A DNA stretch of 47,485 nucleotides from an uncultured Candidatus Saccharibacteria bacterium. GTDB lineage: Bacteria; Patescibacteriota; Minisyncoccia; Phycocordibacterales; Phycocordibacteraceae. The stretch lies in NCBI GenBank assembly GCA_964349555.1, contig CAYGGK010000001.1, positions 1 through 47,485 on the forward strand. Reading direction: 5' to 3'. This document shows positions 46,712 to 47,485 of this stretch, one piece after another. Numbering within the stretch: the first letter of the stretch is position 1; every line of letters begins with the position of its first letter. The notes below the pieces were generated by a model. That model was given only the letters and a program-made list of their open reading frames with translations. It was not told the origin of the DNA and searched no databases. The position numbers were made by a program, and so were the translations under genes.

Positions 46712-47485
46712 CTATTTCTTGTGTCTGCGAAGGAACGCTGGGATAGCTCCCCACGTCTCGTCATCTTCTGGAGCGGGTGGAATTTTTTCGCGTTTATGAG
46801 GGGACGCGGTTACTACAGGCTCATTTTTCTCGCCGGAGACAGAGTCGGCGACAGTGCTCTCGTCAAGATCCATCTTCTCAGGCTTGTCCTCTGATTTTTC
46901 GTCTCGTTTTAGCACATCGTGATTGATACGGCCGCGCTCGTCGACGCGTTTATCCGCAGCCATAGAGAACAAGGAACGCTCAATGCTTGAGTGGGAGGAG
47001 TGCGCCGCGCCCTCCGGGAAACCGGTCGCGATGATAATGATGCGAATCTGTCCCTTTTTTAGCTTATCGTCTTTCATCACGCCCCAAATAATCTTGGCGT
47101 TCTTATCAACGGATTCGCTGATGATTTTAGAAGCCTCATGCACCTCGACGATACCGAGGTCGTCAGAGTGGGCGACGACCCAAAGGACGCCCTTGGCGCC
47201 GGAGATGGAAATGTCGAGGAGAGGAGAATTAACCGCACGGTGCGCGGCTTCGCTCGCCCGCTTCTCGCCCTCGGCGACCCCGATGCCCATAAGCGTGGGG
47301 CCAGCGCCCTCCATAATGGCCCTGATATCGTTGAAGTCGGTATTGATATCGCCCGGCGTGCGAATGATGTCGGATACCCCCTCCACTGCTTCGCGCAAGA
47401 CTTCATCACAGAGCGCGAACGCGTTTTTGAGCGAGAGAGTGTGGTCGACGAGGCCGAGCAACTTGTCGTTCGGGATAACGATAAA
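46712..47485 (-). CDS. ftsZ: Cell division protein FtsZ (5' part outside the window)
   Basis: IVIPNDK, IN.DF.D, SPLLD and C-terminal IPAFLRR. Confidence 0.96.
   Translation of the reverse strand, partial: FIVIPNDKLLGLVDHTLSLKNAFALCDEVLREAVEGVSDIIRTPGDINTDFNDIRAIMEGAGPTLMGIGVAEGEKRASEAAHRAVNSPLLDISISGAKGVLWVVAHSDDLGIVEVHEASKIISESVDKNAKIIWGVMKDDKLKKGQIRIIIIATGFPEGAAHSSHSSIERSLFSMAADKRVDERGRINHDVLKRDEKSEDKPEKMDLDESTVADSVSGEKNEPVVTASPHKREKIPPAPEDDETWGAIPAFLRRHKK

Noticed and set aside
1..47485. Complete DGR cassette, CRISPR array, integrase or transposase
   Set aside because: I found no reverse transcriptase, AAC-rich template repeat, regularly spaced repeat-spacer array, or recombinase/transposase ORF.

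Overview
Bacterial chromosomal segment using genetic code 11. Gene content and style suggest a Patescibacteria/CPR (Parcubacteria-like) genome; this is inference. The housekeeping backbone comprises ftsH (5'-partial), recG, lemA-htpX, nrdJ, rnpB, murJ-lepA, valS-tsaD-DHH-rlmB, thrS, trxB and ftsZ (partial). There are eight intact tRNAs: Ile-UAU, Ser-GGA, Gly-CCC, Arg-CCU, Phe-GAA, Val-GAC, Glu-UUC and Ser-CGA. Accessory parts include a CsoR-regulated copper cluster containing cfa, a SAM-I riboswitch-metA unit with a premature TGA, and small islets next to tRNAs and recG. The most notable signals are: (1) an isolated gene (22041-22640) whose 3' end looks like a diversity-generating retroelement variable region with downstream hairpins, with no RT or TR in the window; (2) short structured non-coding inserts that duplicate tRNA 3' ends and share a GAAC..GAGGCGG-like core; (3) a RelE-type TA cassette bounded by a duplicated recG 3' end; (4) an enlarged (~570 nt) RNase P RNA and several proteins carrying palindromic or heptamer mini-repeats. 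All calls come from reading the sequence and from motif recognition; no database searches were run.
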